DNA from: Diplonema japonicum
Lineage: Eukaryota > Protista > Euglenozoa: Diplonemea
Reading direction: 5' to 3'
Assembly (NCBI GenBank): GCA_964019335.1
Contig: OZ025723.1
Coordinates: 248,001 to 312,000, forward strand
Length of the DNA: 64,000 nucleotides
Part shown: positions 24,071-35,891 of the stretch, piece by piece
Numbering within the stretch: position 1 is the first letter of the stretch
Layout of the letters: each line of letters opens with the position of its first letter
The notes under the pieces: generated by a model
Database searches by the model: none
The model's input: the letters and a program-made list of their open reading frames with translations, nothing else
Told to the model about the DNA's origin: nothing
Translations under genes and position numbers: made by a program

Positions 24071-25445
24071 AGAGGAGTTGGGGGGGGGGGGGGGGGGGGA
24101 GTTGATGTGTTGTGTGTCTTTTTTCAAAGACACGGGAAGAAGAAAAAAAAAAGAAAGAAAAAAAAAAAACAGAAAGAAAAAAAAAAGAAATTAAATGGGG
24201 TGGTTGGTAGGGGTTTGGACTTTTTAAAATCTGTCAACAAAAAAGAAATCTTTATTCTCCCATATATCTGACTGCAATGGAATTTCTTTGGGTTTAGGGG
24301 GGGGGGGGGGGGGGGGAAGTTTGACATCCAAGAAGAAGAAGAAGAAAAAAAACTCTCCCCCCCCCAAAAAAAAGAATAAGGTGATGTTTTTATGCTGACA
24401 AACATTTCTTTGATGGCCCTCCCCTACATCGAGCATGTGGGAGCTGATGGCAACGGGAATGAAAGAAAACAAGAAAAAGGAAGAAAAATTGGTTTGGCAC
24501 ACCCAACAGATCCCAACTTTTAAAAAATAACTTTTAAAAAAAAAAGAGAAAAAGAAAGGGGGGGGGGGGGGGGGGGGTTGTCAACCATTATATTCAAAAC
24601 TGTCTCTCTGGGGGGGAGAATAAAAAAGCCTTGTTTTGAGGACCTATCTTGGGTATCCTTTTTTTTTTTTTTTTTTTAAACTCGATTTTTTTGTTGTGTT
24701 GTTTCTCTCCCTTCTTTTTTTTCTTTTCTCTCTTCTCTTTCTTTTACTTCTTCGGTCTCACCATGCAGACTTGTTCTTTTTCTTTAAAAAAAAGCTTTTT
24801 CTGCGCAAACCTCCTGGCAGTTACTCCTTAGCGATGTTCGTAGGCCTCAGGTCGACCTTGTCTTCTTCCTCTCCCCTAGTGAATTTTGGACTTCTTTTGG
24901 GGGTATGTGAATTGCCCTTTAAAAAAAAAAAAGAAGGGGAGAAAAAGAAATGTGCTTCGAAAAAAAAAAAAAAAAAAAAAAAAAAATACGGGAGAAAAAA
25001 AAAAAAAAAGAGAATGAGGAAAAAAAAAACTTTTCACTAAAATCAAAGTCACTTTTTTTTCTTTTTTTCCCGTTCTTCAAATTTTATTATTCTCCTGGGG
25101 ACTTCGAGCTTTACATTTTCTTTTTCTCTTTTTATCTTTTTTACCACCCTTATCCTCCCTGTTTTCTTTTTTTTTTTCTTGTGCGGCACCAATACGGTGC
25201 CTCGTTCCATTTTCTTTTTTTTTTCTTTTTTTTACAAGAACAAGTCTTTGAGTCGTCTAAACAAAAGGGGAACACAACTACGTGCTTACAGGTTTATTAA
25301 CTTCTCCAGGTTTTCTACCCGGTGCGTACAAATAACGGCCAGTTCCTTTTTTTTTTCTCCCCCCCTTTTTTTTTCTTTTTCTTGTTACAAATATTTATCT
25401 TTCAAAAAAAAAAAAAAAACAATTTTATTACTATTTGCAACATGT

Positions 25446-25678
25446 GCCCGAGCAAGAAACAAAAAGAAACTTTCGCGGTGGAGATGAACAGGCAGCAAAC
25501 TGCACGAGCGCAGAATCCTACCAGCCTACCCGGGACGCCCCGGCTAGGGTTAAGGACACGACGCGGAACGCAGAAGAAGCTACAGCTCGGCCGAGGTGCG
25601 CCAATCAAGTAGATAGTTCATAGCTTCGTTGGACACTTAACGACACTTAGTCCGCCCATCCGCACACCGAAATGTATC
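25446..25678 (+). mobile_element. SINE-like element copy 1 (5'-truncated), with a 3' tail shared with the LINE at 36257-37883
   Basis: 25486-25620 aligns with 36020-36176 (gaacaggcagcaaactgcacgagcgcagaatc...aatcaagtaga.agttc). Ends cccatccgcacaccgaaatgtatc, then a T-run. Confidence 0.8.
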
Positions 25679-25689
25679 TTTTTTTCTTT

Positions 25690-25726
<37 letters not shown>

Positions 25727-25871
25727 CTTGCTCGTGCGAACAACAAAATAGTCATAAATGATTATTTTTTATTTCTTCCTTTCCCCTTTTCTTGGAACCA
25801 CCTTTTTTTTTCCTTTTTTACAAAGACTTGGTTTTTTTTTTTTTTTTAAACCATCACATGGGGAAGAAGGG

Positions 25872-25905
<34 letters not shown>

Positions 25906-25969
25906 AGAAAGAAAGAAATGCGCACAAAAGAAAGAAAGGAAAAAGGATGGAAGCAATAGAATTGCCGCA

Positions 25970-26132
25970 AAGCTACCAACAATAAATGAGTCATTATTTA
26001 GCTCGAGATTTCGAAAAAAAAGATTTTCCTTTCCCCCCCCGAAACTCGAAGGTTAAATAATGGCCCATGAAGGTTGCAGGACAATTTCTTTTTCTTTTTT
26101 TCCAATCCTTTTTCGTCATTTAAGTCACTCAG
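25970..26132 (-). mobile_element. Helentron/HINE-like repeat end, subfamily B (degenerate)
   Basis: ccaacaataaatgagtcattatttagctcgag, gttaaataatggc and tcgtca.tt.agtcactca match the 2022-2177 copy in order. Confidence 0.65.
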
Positions 26133-26202
26133 CTCCTGAGATTTCAGTACTTTGGACCAGGATTGCATATATTGACTGAGACATGTATGCACCGGGTTTC
26201 GA

Positions 26203-26236
<34 letters not shown>

Positions 26237-27503
26237 GAGAGAGAGAGAAAAAAAAAGAAAAAAGAGAAACAAAAAAGGGGGGGGGTGAACATACCATTCA
26301 TATGCGTGATCAAAAAAAAAAGCACCTTTTATGTGTGCAAAGAAGAGAGAGGGGGAAAAAAAGAGAAAAAAAAATCTACTTGCATTGTGGGTTTTTTTCC
26401 TTTTTTTTTTCCCTCTAGAAAATCTTCTTCCCCCCCCCCCCCCCCCAGATTCTGCTTCTATCTATTGAATATAATTTATATTTATATTTAATATGTGTGG
26501 TTGTGGGAAAGCTTTTTTTTTTCTTTTTTTTAAAAAAAAAAAAAGAGGGAGAAATAGATTTAGGCAGCTTTATCATCAACTCTTGCAGGAGGCTTTAAGG
26601 CAGCTTTATTTATTTTTTTTTTCTCAGGCGTCCTGCCACATTACCGCAGGTACCCTTAAATGTCTCTTTTTTTTTCTTCTTTTTTTTTCTTTTTTTTTTA
26701 AAAAAAAAGATTCCCATCGGCTCAGTGTTTAAATAGCGAAGCAAAGAATTAATACCCCCCCCCCCCCCACACTCAGCTTTCCCCCGGCAGTTTCCCTGTT
26801 TTTGTTCTCTTTTTCTCCCCCTTCTCTCGACAATTATTTGTCTGTTATCACAGAACTCTTAGCTCCGTTCACTTCTTCTTTTCTTTTTATTCCTCCCTTT
26901 GTTACTTGTAAAGAAGAAGCATTTCTCCTCTTCCTTTCCTTCCCTCCCCCCCTTTAAAAGAAATCTGAGCTTAAGACATTGGCCAACCGCAGTGACCTGA
27001 AAGATGCCTCGTTCATTCACCCCAGAGAAAAAAAGAAAAGAAAAACAAAAAAAGAAAAGGACGATGAGGCATAAAAGATGTAGTGCTGCGGGATGAATTA
27101 GCAGCTAGGTAGCAGAGTGGGACCACCTCCTTTAACTCATTTTTTTTTTTTTTGCACCCTCCCCCATCACGTTCCCTATCATATTATTAATTTCCAAGGG
27201 GAAAAAAAAAGAAGAAGAAAAATCACCAGAAAGGAAAAAAAAAAAAAAATCGAAGTTTCTCTGTTTCCGCCATCTGCTGTTTTCTCTGGAACTTTATGTT
27301 TCCAACTTTCAGCAGTATTACCCACCTTAAGGGGAGGTCAACAAAAAACCCGGGGCGGTTTTTTTTTTTTTTTTTTTTTTTTTTTGCATGAACAAGAAAA
27401 ACAATATATTGATAATGAATTGTTATTGCTAAAAAGAGTAGTGGTAGCATTGTTGGGCTTATCCTTCTACAGGTTAATCCCGGCTGTGCACAAACAAAAA
27501 ATA

Positions 27504-27677
27504 ATGTCTGTGACCATCCCCTTTGAAGGTGAAAAGCTCGATCTGCTTACCGCGACGGAGTACCCTCTCCACGAGGAGAAGGCTCCAGCGTCAGACAGTT
27601 GCATATTCCTTGAATGTGAGAAAAACCACAGTTCAGGATACAACTGCTGTCGCTGCAGTCCCTTTCCCGGGGGGTGA
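27504..27677 (+). CDS. Putative 57-aa small protein with Cys-rich C-terminus
   Basis: Preceded by the acceptor-like ttatccttctacAG and an A-rich leader like neighbouring genes; complex sequence between homopolymer blocks. Confidence 0.4.
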   Translation: MSVTIPFEGEKLDLLTATEYPLHEEKAPASDSCIFLECEKNHSSGYNCCRCSPFPGG

Positions 27678-27946
27678 TTTTTTCGTTTACAGCGCAACCA
27701 GAAAAAAAAAAAAAAAACAAGGGGGAAAAAAAGATGGGGGGGGGAAAGGAATAAAAAAAAGAGAACATGGGCCGTGTTGATTTCGCACGCGCCAAAAAAA
27801 AAAAAAAAAAAGAAAGAAAGAAAAAAAGAAATAGTGAATAAAAAAAAATAATAATACAATGCCTCCATTAATCTTGGAGGGGAAAAAAAAAAAAAAAAAA
27901 AAAAAATAAAATAAATAAAGTGGTGTAGTTCCCTTAGGCTCAGAAT

Positions 27947-28220
27947 CCGGAGTATGTTTCAATAATAATCTGCTGCAGAGGGTGGAGTGAAAAGAGAAAT
28001 GACTCTGTTTTTCCGTAACTTGGCCTTTGGGGGAATATGGGTCAGGGCCACCTCGCTTAGTTGAGGCAATTTAAGGATTACGAGTCCTTTGTTATGGAGA
28101 GAGGAAAGGTAGGTGAAACAACTAAAAGAATGCTGTTAAATGAAATGCTACCCAATCACGTATTTCCCAATTTTTCACCTTTGGCACTTGTCGGGGCAAC
28201 CCGGGTGTATGAGACTCCGG
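27947..28220 (+). ncRNA. Candidate structured RNA of unknown class
   Basis: Nested stems: ccggagt/actccgg closing; cagag/ctctg; tggcctt/agggcca; cctc/gagg; aagga/tcctt; aggtgaaa/tttcacct; cggg-GCAA-cccg. Confidence 0.35.
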
Positions 28221-28961
28221 CATTTTTCGCTTTACAGTTTTTTTTTTTTTTTTTTTTTGGGACACCCTACCTTTTCCTCTCTCTCTCTCTCCCCCCTTTT
28301 TTTTTAAAAAAATCGCCCTAAACATAAAGGGTTTACCCTCTCTTTCATTCATTCTTTTTTTTTTTTCCCTCTTTTTTTTCCTTCTTCTTCTCCTTTGTTA
28401 CCTTTTCTTCCTCCCTACATTTACACCCCCCCCCCCCCCCCCCCCCCCCCTGCTTTGGCGATTTGATCGAATATCTTGTGATCAATATCTACCTAAAACC
28501 TTTCCCTGTTCTTTTTTTTATATATTTTTTTTGAAAAGTGTCTGATCACCGCCCGCAAAATGACACATCCTTTTAATTGCTTTTTCTAGGGCTGGAATGG
28601 ATTTAAAAACAACCGGGGCCCAATGAGTGTCTGGAAAAAGAAATTCAGTGAGCCCTTCTGGACATTTTTTAAAAAAAAAAAAAAACTAATTCTGGAAAGA
28701 TATTTTCCCATATTTGCCCATTTTTGAAAAGCCAGAAGTTCAGCTCAAGGCCGAAACCCGACAGGAAGGTAAAGGGAGTGGCTCACCCTAAAGTCGGACA
28801 ACGAAGAGTGCCCCTTGAAACTATATGGGGGGAGGGTAATGGGGATGAAACTATGGCCGGTGTTGGGTCTTCCGTGAAACTTTTTTTTGAAGGGGGAAAA
28901 AAAAAAGGGGGAACTAATTCTGAAAACAAAAAAGGGGGAGGGTGGAGAAGGGGGAGGGGAC

Positions 28962-29004
<43 letters not shown>

Positions 29005-29010
29005 ATATAT

Positions 29011-32004
29011 ATGAAGTCTGAAGACACAGGGGGCACGGTTCAAGAGGAAAGAGGACCGGATGTGACACCACCTGCGGGAGGGAGGGGGAGAAGCATGGAC
29101 AGCGTGAGTGGGGACGCCCCTGCCTTCTTGTCACCCGTGGCCCCGATTTTCAGCTTCATGGGACAGAAGGCTTCGTACGACAGAAGCGCTCCGGCTCTTG
29201 CACCACAGGTACACGCACTAGAAGAGCTAGTCAAGAACATGGACGATGAAATAGCAGAGCTGCAGCGGGCAAACAGTAGTTTGCAACAAGACCTGGCGGA
29301 CAGAGACCATCAGATCTCTAATGTGAACAACCAGAGGCGGGGTGCGGAGGCCTTGTACGGCAAAGCCCAGCAAGAGATCGAAAGGCTGAAGCAAAGCCTC
29401 GGCATCGCCAGCAACGACAAAATCCTCGACCTCGAGGAACAGCTACAAGAAATGGAGGCAACGATCCCTCCTTTACACGACACCATCTCCAAGCAACAGG
29501 AGCAAATCGAGCACCTCACCGAACACTCCAACGTTCTCAACAAACACGTCACCGATCTGACCGACACTGTTGCCGAGCTCACCAAAGAACTTGCCTCCCA
29601 GAAGGAAAACGAGGCCAGCCACCTCCGCAGCACCAAAGAACAGGAAGACGCCAAGCACCGCACACTGGACGATGCCAATGACAAACTCCTCCGTTCCCTG
29701 AAGACTGCTGAAGCAGACACCGCTGCTTTACGCCACACCGTCACCCTTAAGAACGCAGAGTCCGAAGAGCTCCTCGCGAGGCTAAAGGCGAAAGAAGACG
29801 AGCTTGCCTCCCTTAAGGCCGACCTGCAAGACGCTTCTTCACAGCTTCACGCTGCCAACATGAAAACACGCGATGCGGACGACACCACTTCTCGCCTCAC
29901 CGCTAAGAACGCTGAAGCGCAGGACGAACTCCACCGTGCTGTCAAGAAGTACAAGGCGGCCGAGGACGCCAATGAAGATCTCCAGAAGAAACTCAAGGAT
30001 GCGGTTCTAGACTTGGAAGTAGCGTCTAAAAAGCTGAAGATGTCAGAAGAAGAGACGGAACGCCTCGAGAAAAAGCTGAAGGAAGCTGCAGAGGAGAACG
30101 ACGAGCTGCGAGCCGCCGCAAAGAAAAAAGCAAGGGCCGCAGAGGACGAAGCAGAAAAACTGCAGGAGCAGCTCGCCGAGCTTCAAAAGCAACTAAAAGA
30201 GCAATCTCAACAACAAAGCTTGAGCCAGACCGAAGCAGTGCCCTTGGCTGAGGTGCCCGAGGACACGTCGAACTTGCAGACCATCAACGTGATGCAGGAA
30301 ACAATGAACACGATCTACGCTGAGAATGAGGGTCTGAAACAGCAGCTTAAGGACCTCCAAGAGAAGCTGGCCGCTCAAGGCAGCGACACCACCGAACTCG
30401 AGAGGCTTTTGAAGGAAAACACAGATCTCCAGAAGCAGATGACAACACTCCAAGCGATTCCTCAGGAAAGCTCTGGCGTTGAGGCGAAGGCGTTGCAGGA
30501 GGAACTGGACAGGTGTAAAGCAGAAATGAAGGAGAAGGATGGTGAGATCGAAAGGCTGGCCGGGGAGCATGCTGTCACCAGGAACGAGATTAACGAGAAG
30601 CAGGAGAGAATGGCGGATCTTGAGAGCCGAGTAACGGCATTAGAAGAAGAGCTGCGCAAGTGCAAGAACAACGTCGAGAGGCTGACTGACGAGAATGCAG
30701 TGCTTGAAAACGAAGCTGCTTCACGACGAGCAGTCCCGCCCGTCCCCAGGACACCTGAGTCAGCCCCTGTGTCCGAGCACCACCAGTCGGACACCGCGCA
30801 GCCCGATCTCGCCCCTCAGCTCGCCAAACTTGAAAAAGAAAACACCGGCCTTCTCACTCTCCTATCCCAAGCACGTGCCAAAGAAGAACGACTTCTCAAC
30901 GCAAAAGCAGCCCTTGAAGAGGACTTATCCAAGGCAAGAGCGGACTTCCACAACAGGCTTGGTGACGGGAGCTCCAACGCAAAGGTGCTGGCGGCGGAGG
31001 TGAGGCGTCTGAGCAAAGAGAATGAAGCTCTCGCTAAAGAGCTAAGCGCACTCGAGGAGCAGCTTGCAGCGAGCACTGCCGAAGAGATCAAGAAGCTGCA
31101 GCGAGACATTGAGGCCTTGAAGGCTGAACACGAGGCAAATCTTGCTAACTTGGGCAGACCTGGTATCGTGGTCGTGAAGGCCAAATCGGACTCGAACGAC
31201 ACAAAGGATAAACAGTACAGTCTGGTGCCGGGGTCGAGGGTAGTGAGAGATGACGAACACTGGAAATGGGGCGACCAGGATGGTGGGCCAGGCGGGCGGG
31301 GCACTGTGAGGGCGGTGGACCACACGTTGGGGTGGGCGTGCGTGGCGTGGGACCTGACAGGGACGAAGGATAACTACAGGTGGAATGCAACGGAGAACTT
31401 GTGGGACATAAAAGAAGTCGAGAAAGGGAGCGAAGAGAGGGTAATGGAGCTGGAAGGCAATGAGTACATGGCACTGCTGAAAAGGGTGGACGACGCGGAG
31501 CAAAGGGCTGTTGACGCAGAGCAACTACTAGAGGAGAATGGTAGGCACGTGGGAGACGTGCAAGCGGCACTGCCGGAGCTAGAGAAACAGCTGGCGTCTG
31601 CGCAAGCTGTGGCACACCGTGCTAACACAAGGGAGGCGAGTCTGGAGCGTCTGCTGGATGCGCGCTGTGCGGAGCTCCGTGCGGCCTCTGAGCTTGCAGC
31701 CTCCATGGAGGAGAAGCTACACGAGTCTGAGATCAGGGAAGAGACCCTCTCGCGCAGGTTGGATGGATCGCTGGCTGAGCTGCGCCGTGCTCAGCAGCAG
31801 TACAGGCAGCACGCCTCCCGCCAGCACTCCAGCGTGCCCCATACCCCTCCCCAACGCCTCCAGCGTGAGCCGCCTCCTTCCGAGTCCCCTACCGCCCGCC
31901 GTATTTCCCCACAGCGCCGCAGCAATAGGAACATTTCCCCTCCCCGTACCCGCTCCCCTCGTTCCGCGCTCTCCCCCCCCCTCCCGAAGCACCCTTGGGC
32001 TTAG
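29011..32004 (+). CDS. Long coiled-coil protein with a Mib/HERC2 domain
   Basis: GSRVVRDDEHWKWGDQDGGPGGRGTV...W..V.WD..G....YRW is the Mib_herc2 signature; ATG follows a poly-A leader. Confidence 0.9.
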   Translation: MKSEDTGGTVQEERGPDVTPPAGGRGRSMDSVSGDAPAFLSPVAPIFSFMGQKASYDRSAPALAPQVHALEELVKNMDDEIAELQRANSSLQQDLADRDHQISNVNNQRRGAEALYGKAQQEIERLKQSLGIASNDKILDLEEQLQEMEATIPPLHDTISKQQEQIEHLTEHSNVLNKHVTDLTDTVAELTKELASQKENEASHLRSTKEQEDAKHRTLDDANDKLLRSLKTAEADTAALRHTVTLKNAESEELLARLKAKEDELASLKADLQDASSQLHAANMKTRDADDTTSRLTAKNAEAQDELHRAVKKYKAAEDANEDLQKKLKDAVLDLEVASKKLKMSEEETERLEKKLKEAAEENDELRAAAKKKARAAEDEAEKLQEQLAELQKQLKEQSQQQSLSQTEAVPLAEVPEDTSNLQTINVMQETMNTIYAENEGLKQQLKDLQEKLAAQGSDTTELERLLKENTDLQKQMTTLQAIPQESSGVEAKALQEELDRCKAEMKEKDGEIERLAGEHAVTRNEINEKQERMADLESRVTALEEELRKCKNNVERLTDENAVLENEAASRRAVPPVPRTPESAPVSEHHQSDTAQPDLAPQLAKLEKENTGLLTLLSQARAKEERLLNAKAALEEDLSKARADFHNRLGDGSSNAKVLAAEVRRLSKENEALAKELSALEEQLAASTAEEIKKLQRDIEALKAEHEANLANLGRPGIVVVKAKSDSNDTKDKQYSLVPGSRVVRDDEHWKWGDQDGGPGGRGTVRAVDHTLGWACVAWDLTGTKDNYRWNATENLWDIKEVEKGSEERVMELEGNEYMALLKRVDDAEQRAVDAEQLLEENGRHVGDVQAALPELEKQLASAQAVAHRANTREASLERLLDARCAELRAASELAASMEEKLHESEIREETLSRRLDGSLAELRRAQQQYRQHASRQHSSVPHTPPQRLQREPPPSESPTARRISPQRRSNRNISPPRTRSPRSALSPPLPKHPWA

Positions 32005-33150
32005 TTCCCCCCGCCCCCGTCATTAATGTTTTTTTGTTTTTTTGTTTTTGTGTCCCATTTTTTTTTTTTTGTATTTTATATTTGGGTTTTTTCTTCCCCC
32101 CCCCCATAGTTTGTATGCACATGTATCCTTGTAATCTTAGCCCTTCTCCCCTTTTTCTTTCTTTTGATACCTATCCCCCCCCATTTTCCCCTCCTCAATA
32201 TTACTTGTTGTTCACCTTATTCTCATCTCACCTTTATTATTCCCCCTGTTTACATTATCTCTGTCGCTGGGGAGGGTCATGCGCATAGGGAGGGGGGTCC
32301 GAGAGGGTATAGAAGAGTCCATCAGGGTTGGAGCCATTTTGGCCAATTTAAGGCTAAAATCCCTTTAAAACCCCTTAAAAAAGCAAAATTTTCACTTTTT
32401 AAGTTTTATGAGTGCAAAGAAAAATGGAAAAATCTCAGCAGATGGGTAGAGAATGCAAGTTTGACTCCAAGGATACCAATGTCGAAGCTCTGCATGAGCA
32501 GGCAAGTATTAAGAATTGGCTTTTCTGAAAAAGGCCATGTTAGGCCAAAATCCCTTAGCAAAAAATAGGGTGTAAAAAACCGGATTTTCGGGGGCTATGC
32601 GACACCATATATTTTTCGCTAAGTACTTTTAACAGTAACCCGACCCTGGGTTGTACCCAGGGGTCACAAATGCGCTTGAGCACTACTCTTAGGCACCCTA
32701 GATGCTGCATTTTAAGCAATAACATTGCATTTTAAACAATTTGCGCCGTTTTTCTGACCTCTATTTTTCGCTTCCCGGGGGCACAGTTACAAAGCCTGCC
32801 ACCCTCATGGCAAAACAAGCATCGCAATTGAAAGAACGGCAACAGGTACACCATATATGTCATCTTCCTATGGTTGCATGCTGCACTTTTTTTGCTCAAA
32901 TAATCAAAACAAGAAATTTTCGTAAGTGCCAAAAAAAGTGTTGACATTTTCGTCCGGGCGAGCTCATATACATATAAAAAAAAAGGGGGTGGGGAAGGAA
33001 GGGGGAGAGGTGGCTGAACATGTAGGAAGGCAGCGGAGGTCGAAGCTAAAAACTGTGGCAACGGCGGTACGCGCTTTGTACTCATTGGATCAGAAGAGGG
33101 GGAAAAACGCAGGGCTCAAGGAAAAGAGGCCGCCTCTTGCGCAGAACGAA

Positions 33151-35163
33151 ATGCTGTCCGTGTCCAGCGTTGATTGTAATAGCGGGAAGGAGAAGGATAT
33201 CACTTTACATATCAAGGAGCTGATCACCCGTGTCACGAGTTTGACTGCCGAGGTCGAGAGGCCGCAGCACCCACCGCCTGCCCCGCCGCCGCGTCGTAGC
33301 CTCCTTTCGATAGCCCAGACACAACCCGTCTCGTGGTTCACCCCCCCCGCAAGCCCACACTCGCAACATAGCTTTTCTTCCTCGCCTCGTTCTGCTCAGC
33401 GTAGACTACCTGCTACACCTCGGCAGCCTGCTACACCTCGGCAGCCTGCTACACCTCGGCAGCCTGCTACACCACGGCAGCCTCCCCAGCACTTCCTCGA
33501 CATCAACCAAGCCACCGAGACCACCTCTCTCCTGCCCGACTCTCATTTCCGACGGGTGTGGGACACGGTTTTCTTGCTGCTCCTGTTTGTGGAGGTATGT
33601 TAAGGGGATATTAAGAACAAAGGGGGGTGTTCATTGCCTCGAAACGAGACAGGCGGAGGCACTATTCTTTTTGGTAGCTTTGGAAGCTTCACAAACCCGG
33701 GTGTTCGCTTCGCGCACACACACACACACCCCACACTCCAGGTCTGGATATGGGTCCTATCTATCTTCACGGAGTTCCAGACCTTTAGCATACCCGTCTT
33801 CGTCTTCAAGGTGGTGTCGACGGTATTTTGGGTCTGCGACCTAAGGATCCAGGTATTGGGGAAAGCAAAAAAAGAAGAAGAAGAAAAAAAAAATACAAAG
33901 GCCTCAACCTGCTTACTAGAGGGGTGGCAGGTTTGCGAGGACGCCGCAGGTCTTTGGGGTAAGTACCTTGAGTTTTGGTTTTGGTTCGACCTGGGGGTCA
34001 CGATACCGGCGGACCTGATCGCCTTGGCTTTCGACGAGACAGTCTCCATGCACCTCGGTGTGGTGAGGGTCCTTAGAATGGCACGGCTGAACAATTTATT
34101 CAGAGAGCGCATGCCGAGCAAGGACACCCCATGGTGGGTGGAGGTGCTGTTCGAGTGTTTCGGTGTGTGTTTAGGTGTGCACTTTCTGGCGTGTTTATAT
34201 CTGGCGATAGCAAGCGAAGAAGAGATCCCGAAATCGTCCGTGTCAGAGACGTACTTTGCGGCGGTGTATTTCATGGTAACGACCGTAACGTCGGTCGGGT
34301 TCGGGGACATGGTCCCAAAGCGCCCTGCAACAAAGGTTTTTATATGTTTTGTCCAGCTGTTCAGTTTCATTTTGGTGATAATATGCGGCGGGCGGGCGGG
34401 GGCGTATTTTATCACAACTGATCCTGTGCAACAGCTAGTAGTTGAGCGGAGGCGGAGGTTAGAGTTCATGATGTACAGAAACAACATCCCGTGGTCCACC
34501 CAACGTGAGGCGTTTGGTGTGTACCCTGTCATTATCGAAGCATCTGTTCAAGACTATCAAACTATAATGGATGAGCTTCCCGACTTCATACAAGAGAAGA
34601 TATCGTTTCATCTCAAGATGAAAATGCTGCAAAGGGTCCCAATGTTCCAAACCCTGCCATTCAATATCGTAGCGATCCTTGCCTACAACATTGTCGACGA
34701 GAGGTGGGAACCTGGGGAATACATCATCAAGAGGGGCGAGGTTGGGAACGAGATGTACTTTCTCCACAACGGTGTCGTGGAGGTGTTGCTCCCCGGCGCT
34801 GAAGAAGGCGACGATGACGTATGGACAGCCAACCTGATGCAAGGAAGTTATTTCGGAGAAATCGCGTTACTTTATGAAACGAAGAGGATAGCCTCTGTGC
34901 GCAGCGTAACAGCCTGCGCCATATGCAAGCTGCTGAAACCGGACTTCGAGGAAGTTGTGCATAGCAATGTAGAACTGAAACAGATTATGGAAGCTGAAAC
35001 ATCCAGAAGGGTCGCCCACGCAGCGGTCGTCTCCCCTGAGTTCCATGCCCGCACCGAAAGAGAACCCAGTGTAATGAGAAAACCTGCTTTTGCCTCGTTT
35101 TGCATAACTTCGTCTGTCGACACAGCAATAACAATAAAAGAAGAAAAAAAAGAGGATATTTAG
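33151..35163 (+). CDS. Cyclic-nucleotide-binding voltage-gated K+ channel family protein; introns 33595-33741 and 33853-33900; true start may be near 32983
   Basis: S4-like RVLRMARL, pore TSVGFGD, CNBD GEVGNEMYF...FGEIALL..KRIASVR. Confidence 0.9.
33409..33480 (+). repeat. 18-bp coding tandem repeat x4 (PATPRQ)
   Basis: cctgctacacctcggcag repeated four times. Confidence 0.95.
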
Positions 35164-35781
35164 TTTCTTTTTTGAAAGGGGTTTTTTTTTTCTTTTTTAA
35201 AAAAAAAAAGAAATCGCCCATACCCCCGTTTTTCCCCCATGGTTTTTCGGGCCCCAGAAGCACTTAGGATCATGTTCTAATTTTTTGGGGGGCCATCGTT
35301 TGGTACAAACCCAGTGTAATCCTGTGGAATCCTTTTATAGACATAAGATCGTGTACTTTTGCCTCCCTTTCCCTCTCTGGGCCCTCCTGGGCTTCATTTC
35401 AGAATAATAAATAAGGCAAACATTGGCCAACTGTCACCCAGGCACAGACAGACTTCTCAGAACAGGTGGTGACATGGATCGAAAAAAAGATGCCCCCCGC
35501 AAGGAAACTGGGACTAGGCACCATGCCTGAGAGGTGCCGCCGCACAGGTTAGAAGCTCACTCCAATCTGTCTACTTTATGGTACACTTCGAGCCGACTTG
35601 TGTCAACTTGACCTTTAGAAATCGATTTTCTTTCTTTTTTTTTTTTTAACCGGGGAGAGGCGACTGGAACAATAAATTCGTGCCGACCTACCTCGAACCA
35701 ACCCGAAGAATTCCCACCCCATCTGCCGATAAGAATGCAGCGACGCAGAAGGGAAACAACACAAGATAGACCCACCACCAC

Positions 35782-35882
35782 GCGTGAAGTAATTTCAGAA
35801 GAGTGAAATAACCTTTACCGTCCTCTCGGTTCCGCATTTTTCACCTCGAGGTAAACGGTAAAATTTAGTTACTTGTTGGTTT
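35782..35882 (+). mobile_element. Helentron/HINE-like repeat end, subfamily A (internally deleted)
   Basis: gtgaagtaatttcag..gtgaaataa, ctttaccg.cctctcggttccgcatttt, cctcgaggtaa.cggtaaa and ttacttgttgg match 44888-45045. Confidence 0.75.
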
Positions 35883-35891
35883 TTCTTTTCA

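Noticed and set aside
24059-24450. Kinase ends CKT-TGA (CxxU-like) with a UGAU..UGAU hairpin downstream, suggesting a selenoprotein with a SECIS
   Set aside because: No RUGA core, poor stem II, no apical AA, and read-through runs into poly-G.
24071-29010. Telomerase RNA, SL RNA, snRNA or tRNA in the long gap
   Set aside because: No CCCTAACCC template, SL exon, snRNA signature or tRNA A/B boxes found by eye.
32270-32710. Possible MITE (tagggtg/cacccta, gaccctgggt hairpin); similar tagggctgg at about 28588
   Set aside because: Only a 7-bp IR, no TSD and no second copy in the window.
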